NCBI GenBank assembly: GCA_048128005.1
Contig: JBEUKZ010000071.1
Span: 248,001-312,000, forward strand
DNA length: 64,000 nucleotides
Reading direction: 5' to 3'
Source: Veleropilina oligotropha
Taxonomy: Eukaryota
A model generated the notes under the pieces. The model was given only the letters and a program-made list of their open reading frames with translations. It was not told the DNA's origin and did not search any database. A program made the translations under genes and the position numbers. How positions within the stretch are numbered: position 1 is the stretch's first letter; every line of letters begins with the position of its first letter. Positions 58,581 to 64,000 of this stretch are shown one piece after another.

Positions 58581-60156
58581 GTCATGGTGTAAAGCCAATG
58601 CTATAGTCATGGTGTAAAGCCAATGCTATAGTCATGGTGTAAAGCCAATGCTATAGTCATGGTGTAAAGCCAATGCTATAGTCATGGTGTAAAGCCAATG
58701 CTATAGTCATGGTGTAAAGCCAATGCTATAGTCATGGTGTAAAGCCAATGCTATAGTCATGGTGTAAAGCCAATGCTATAGTCATGGTGTACAGCCAATG
58801 CTATAGTCATGGTGTAAAGCCAATGCTATAGTCATGGTGTAAAGCCAATGCTATAGTCATGGTGTAAAGCCAATGCTATAGTCATGGTGTAAAGCCAATG
58901 CTATAGTCATGGTGTAAAGCCAATGCTATAGTCATGGTGTAAAGCCAATGCTATAGTCATGGTGTAAAGCCAATGCTATAGTCATGGTGTAAAGCCAATG
59001 CTATAGTCATGGTGTAAAGCCAATGCTATAGTCATGGTGTAAAGCCAATGCTATAGTCATGGTGTAAAGCCAATGCTATAGTCATGGTGTAAAGCCAATG
59101 CTATAGTCATGGTGTAAAGCCAATGCTATAGTCATGGTGTAAAGCCAATGCTATAGTCATGGTGTAAAGCCAATGCTATAGTCATGGTGTAAAGCCAATG
59201 CTATAGTCATGGTGTAAAGCCAATGCTATAGTCATGGTGTAAAGCCAATGCTATAGTCATGGTGTAAAGCCAATGCTATAGTCATGGTGTAAAGCCAATG
59301 CTATAGTCATGGTGTAAAGCCAATGCTATAGTCATGGTGTAAAGCCAATGCTATAGTCATGGTGTAAAGCCAATGCTATAGTCATGGTGTAAAGCCAATG
59401 CTATAGTCATGGTGTAAAGCCAATGCTATAGTCATGGTGTAAAGCCAATGCTATAGTCATGGTGTAAAGCCAATGCTATAGTCATGGTGTAAAGCCAATG
59501 CTATAGTCATGGTGTACAGCCAATGCTATAGTCATGGTGTAAAGCCAATGCTATAGTCATGGTGTAAAGCCAATGCTATAGTCATGGTGTAAAGCCAATG
59601 CTATAGTCATGGTGTAAAGCCAATGCTATAGTCATGGTGTAAAGCCAATGCTATAGTCATGGTGTAAAGCCAATGCTATAGTCATGGTGTAAAGCCAATG
59701 CTATAGTCATGGTGTAAAGCCAATGCTATAGTCATGGTGTAAAGCCAATGCTATAGTCATGGTGTAAAGCCAATGCTATAGTCATGGTGTAAAGCCAATG
59801 CTATAGTCATGGTGTAAAGCCAATGCTATAGTCATGGTGTAAAGCCAATGCTATAGTCATGGTGTAAAGCCAATGCTATAGTCATGGTGTAAAGCCAATG
59901 CTATAGTCATGGTGTAAAGCCAATGCTATAGTCATGGTGTAAAGCCAATGCTATAGTCATGGTGTAAAGCCAATGCTATAGTCATGGTGTAAAGCCAATG
60001 CTATAGTCATGGTGTAAAGCCAATGCTATAGTCATGGTGTAAAGCCAATGCTATAGTCATGGTGTAAAGCCAATGCTATAGTCATGGTGTAAAGCCAATG
60101 CTATAGTCATGGTGTAAAGCCAATGCTATAGTCATGGTGTAAAGCCAATGCTATAG
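58581..60156. repeat. 25-bp minisatellite, ~63 near-perfect copies
   Basis: gtcatggtgtaaagccaatgctata. Confidence 0.98.
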
Positions 60157-61120
60157 CTTATCATGGACAGTCATGGTGTAAAGCCAATACTATAGCTTGC
60201 GATAAGTTCTAACTCCCATCAGCTGATCTCCAAATGATAAACAACAAACTTTATAGTAGCTACACATCGTAAAATATGATAGTAAACAAAACCAATTGAC
60301 CGATTTTTCTTAGCTGACAAATGTTCTATGTATTTAAGCATGTCTGGAAACAATTTACGCATCATTTCTGCTAATACATATGTATAACAGGATCCTATCC
60401 GCTGCCAAAGAGTTAAAGGAAACATTATTATAGAAACAACAAGAGCCTGTTAGAAAACGGATTCATCCCCCGCCTTCCGCAATCACTCTGATATAAACTT
60501 TAACCAAAATTTCTACGTCCCAACACATCAAGTTTGTTTAATATTTATACAAAATAATATTCAATATCATTGCTAGAGTAAAAGGTGGTATCAATATAAG
60601 CATCACCAAAGAATATGTATGCAATAATGGCACAAACAGAAATTCAATCAACTTTAACAAAAATGTCTATGTCCACAAACATTAATTTCACATGTTATTT
60701 ATATTATAAATCACCTGCAGATGAGGGAGCAGCATCAATATAGTCAACACTAAAGTATATGGATGTAAAACAGCATATGCCCATTGAAAAATTTAAACAA
60801 AACTTGAACCAAAATTTATATGTCCACAAACACCTATTTGTATGCAATAATTATATTAAATTTAATTCACCATCACTTCCATAGTATCATTTGACATTCA
60901 TATTATCAATACCAAAGCATATATACATCAAAATGTTGTTTCAGCAACCCATATACACTCAATGAAAAACTTTACCCAAAATTTCTATGTTCAAAACCAG
61001 CTACATTTATGCAATAATTATATTAAATTTTATTCAATCTCACTTCCAGAGTACCAGGTGTCATCCATATAACGTCTACAAAAGCATATATATGCCAAAA
61101 AGTATCATGAACAAGCTATA

Positions 61121-62587
61121 CTGAGTCAAAAAAGAAACTTCACAAAATGTAATTTGAAAAAGTAATGAATAATTTTTCTCTGATGATACATCTATGTATC
61201 CGAAATGGGATCCCAATCTTTCGACGCTAGAAAAACGTTAGCAAACCCCCCTCAAACTCATCCATTCCTCGTGCAAATGACGTTAGTGCCAAATCAGGTT
61301 TTGCACGTGCAGTCGGTCACGTAATCTTCACATCGATGTTGGTTTCATTTGCACTTGTTTGCATTGGCCTCAGGAATTGAAAAAACACTTTTAAACCACG
61401 GTTCTAACGGTACTTTAAATGCCACGATTGTCAAATGTGCAACGTGAACGTGCCGTTGGCATGTTACACGCGGGAAGATCAGTTATTGACGTCGCAAGAG
61501 AAATGGGATGCAGCCGAAGAAACTGGCACCACTTCTGATCGCCCAAGGTCGGGTCGTCCACGTGTAACGTCACGAGCAGAAGACCGTTACATCATCCTAC
61601 GTCACCTACGTGACAGATTTCTGCCGGCTGCACGAACCAGGGCTGAGATGTTTAGAGGTCGACTGTCCTCACAGACCATTCGAAATCGGTTGCGGGCTGC
61701 CAATCTCCATCCTTGACGTCCATATCGTGGGCCAATATTTACGCCATTTCATCGACGTCAACGTCTGCTGTGGGCCCAACGTCACCTCCGATGGACCCAA
61801 AGAGACTGGAATCGAGTCGTCTTTAGCGATGAATCAAGGTTTACCCTCAGATTCGCGGACGGCAGGCATAGAGTCTGGAGACGACGTCGTGAACGGTATG
61901 CCCAGTGTTGTGTGCAGGAAGTGGACATATTCGGGGGCGGAAGTTGCATGGTGTGGGGTGCTTTCTGTGGGAACAACCGTTCTCGACTTCTGGTCATTCG
62001 TGGAAACATCACAGCTGCTGATTATCGAGACCAGGTGCTCACCCCTGAACTCGTTCCTTTCATAGCGGCTCATGGCCCAGGTATGCGCTGCCGCATATCG
62101 CGATGTTGACACGAAATTTCCTTCAAAACGCTGGAATCAACGTCATGGACTGGCCATCAAGGTCCCCTGACCTTAATCCAATCGAGCACGTTTGGGATGC
62201 ACTTGGGAGAAGGCTTCGTGGTCTTAGACACCAACCACAGAATTTGCAGGAACTTGGCGCTGCCTTGCAAGAGCAATGGCGCAGAATCCCCAACCACGTG
62301 TTCACAAACATCAGGCGGTCGATGAGGAGACGGTGTTTGGCAGTGGTGAATGCGCGAGGCGGCCATACATGAGAAATTTCGAATTTCTATTCTTGTGACT
62401 TGACATTCTGTATACACATGTTTTGGAACGGCGGTGTAGCCTAATGGAACTGATTGTGGCACTGTCAGTGTATCGAGTACATCACACACATCTCAGCAAT
62501 TAAATAATAACAATTTAACCATTTTACCATCTCTTGTTCTTTTTTAGTGCCCAGAAGAAAGAATGTGAAGTTTCTTTTTTGACTCGG
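61121..62587 (+). mobile_element. Tc1 (DD34E-type) DNA transposon, defective
   Basis: ta|ctgagtcaaaaaagaaacttcaca ... tgtgaagtttcttttttgactcgg|ta. Confidence 0.93.
61419..62372 (+). pseudogene. Tc1 transposase pseudogene
   Basis: MPRLS..RERAVGML, RSGRPR, FSDESRF, MVWGAF, WPSRSPDLNPIEHVW; deletions in the HTH and around the QDNA motif, plus an internal TGA. Confidence 0.92.
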
Positions 62588-62877
62588 TATATATACACTC
62601 AATTCAAAACTTTAACCAAATTGTTTGCGGACGGACGGACATGGCAACAACAATATTCCCCGCTACCTTCGGGCGGGGGATAAAAACTGATATACTAGCA
62701 TTGACATTATAAAGGTTAACAATATTTATGTTGTTTAGTGATGATTCGAATGAGTGCAATGTCCCAGTTATCAAGTCATGCACGTATTATTGAGGGAGGA
62801 ATAGTTATGCTCTACGTGTCCGGGAAAACCCACCTCCAAAGTTCATTGAATAATTTCTCTGATAAATTTGTAGTGAC

Positions 62878-63317
62878 CAGGGGCGGATCCAGGATTTTGT
62901 GTTAGGGGGGGCGCTAAAACGAATGGCCGAAGGCCGTGAAAAATTTAGGGGGGTCCGGGGGCATGCTCCCCGGAATTTTTTTAGTTGTAGGAGGCTTAGA
63001 TGCATTTTCCTGCACTCTGGGCTGTATATTGGCCTTTTTATTTACGCCAAAATTTGATAGTTTTGGGAAACAAATGACATAAATATCGAGGTCATGCTGC
63101 CCCGGAAATTTGTTTAAAATACAATCCTCTTAAACGGCATTTACTGCAACGTCAGCGGTCGTTTGTAGATATTTTTTGACAACTTATGGTCAAATAAAAC
63201 AAACATTTACGCGTAGCCGTAAATATAGGGGCACTCTGCCGAAAGTACGGGGGCACTCTGCCGAAAATAGGGGGGGGGCGCGCGCCGCGCACGCCCCCCC
63301 TCCTAAATCCGCCACTG
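62878..63317. mobile_element. MITE with CAG termini and 5-bp TSD (hAT-like)
   Basis: caggggcggat / atccgccactg; flanks gtgac / gcgac (one CpG-type transition). Confidence 0.8.
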
Positions 63318-63496
63318 GCGACGATATGGCCTCTTCTGCAATTTGAAAAGAAAAAATTGACTCCATTGATTTTGTACTATACTTTTATAACCATAAGGCA
63401 GGTTGTACATGTTTATTGGTGAATTTGAAAATCCCTGCTAATAGTTATACGGCCATATATAATGGATGTGACATTGTCTTGTAATATATATTAATG

Positions 63497-64000
63497 TCAA
63501 TCACTGAGAGGGTTTTCTAGCAGTATACGTCTTGGGTTTCTCCTTGCATAAATGTTGATGATCTCATCCAAATCTAAGCTTATGTCTTTGTGCACAACTA
63601 ATAACATAAGTGCATTAAATCTATCCTCTCCCATGGAACTTCGAAGACTTGTTTTTATTCGTCTAAGAGACGAATTTGCTCTTTCCGTGGAACTGGATGT
63701 AACAGAAGTTAAAAGCATGAGATTGAGTATCTTAACAATGTTTGGATACATTTGAGGGCTTGATTTTGAATCCAGGAGTGTTTCGGTAATTGTATCAGGG
63801 CGGTCCTGTTTCCCAGTCCACATATGACGCCACAGTTTCAATTCTTGTCGGAATGTTGATGTATCGGGCATATCTGGACCATATCGGTTGATAATATCCT
63901 GCACAGACTGTTGGTCAAGATTATCAATGCTTTTCGGCAAAAGGCACAGGGCCTGAACACTCTGCTGTGCCAAACTTCCAAATCTTGTATCTAATTGTTG
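63497..64000 (-). CDS. hAT transposase C-terminal dimerisation region (ZMYM1/P52rIPK-like), partial
   Basis: YPNI..L...VTSSSTERANSSLRRIKTSLRSSMGEDRFNALMLL; runs off the window end. Confidence 0.88.
   Translation of the reverse strand, partial: QQLDTRFGSLAQQSVQALCLLPKSIDNLDQQSVQDIINRYGPDMPDTSTFRQELKLWRHMWTGKQDRPDTITETLLDSKSSPQMYPNIVKILNLMLLTSVTSSSTERANSSLRRIKTSLRSSMGEDRFNALMLLVVHKDISLDLDEIINIYARRNPRRILLENPLSD

Larger units (their letters stand above)
60438..62686 (-). mobile_element. HINE I interrupted by a Tc1 element
   Basis: subTIR atcccccgcc / ggcgggggat, (ggac)n, aacaagag end; repeats homologous to HINE A/B repeats. Confidence 0.82.

Overview
Eukaryotic (metazoan) genomic DNA. The TE repertoire and a TTAGGG tract suggest a marine lophotrochozoan-type invertebrate (inference only). 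Two convergent host genes are visible: six 3' coding exons of an FBXO15-like gene (+ strand, 19399-34439) and the last two recognisable exons of TBC1D20 (- strand, 57241-50049). Introns and the intergenic region are packed with nested mobile DNA. The main element is a structurally complete DIRS1-type tyrosine-recombinase retrotransposon (11402-18679) with identical 204-bp ITRs, an ICR, one 1697-aa Gag-YR ORF and an overlapping RT/RNaseH/MTase-like frame broken by a single TAA; it sits inside a piggyBac MITE. The 3' end of a second, diverged DIRS family occupies 1-1288. Also present: three CR1/L2 LINEs, several tRNA-derived SINE copies, about ten Helentron-related (HINE) elements including one with an intact helicase-endonuclease segment, Kolobok-, Harbinger-, hAT- and Tc1/mariner-type DNA elements, and many minisatellites. 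The most interesting signal comes from comparing the two DIRS copies. Their non-coding 3' regions (YR stop to ITR) share an ordered series of hairpins and long-range stems with compensatory base changes and conserved loops, which points to a large cis-acting RNA structure that I do not recognise from any described family. All alignments and pairings were done by eye. No rRNA, CRISPR or prokaryotic system is supported.
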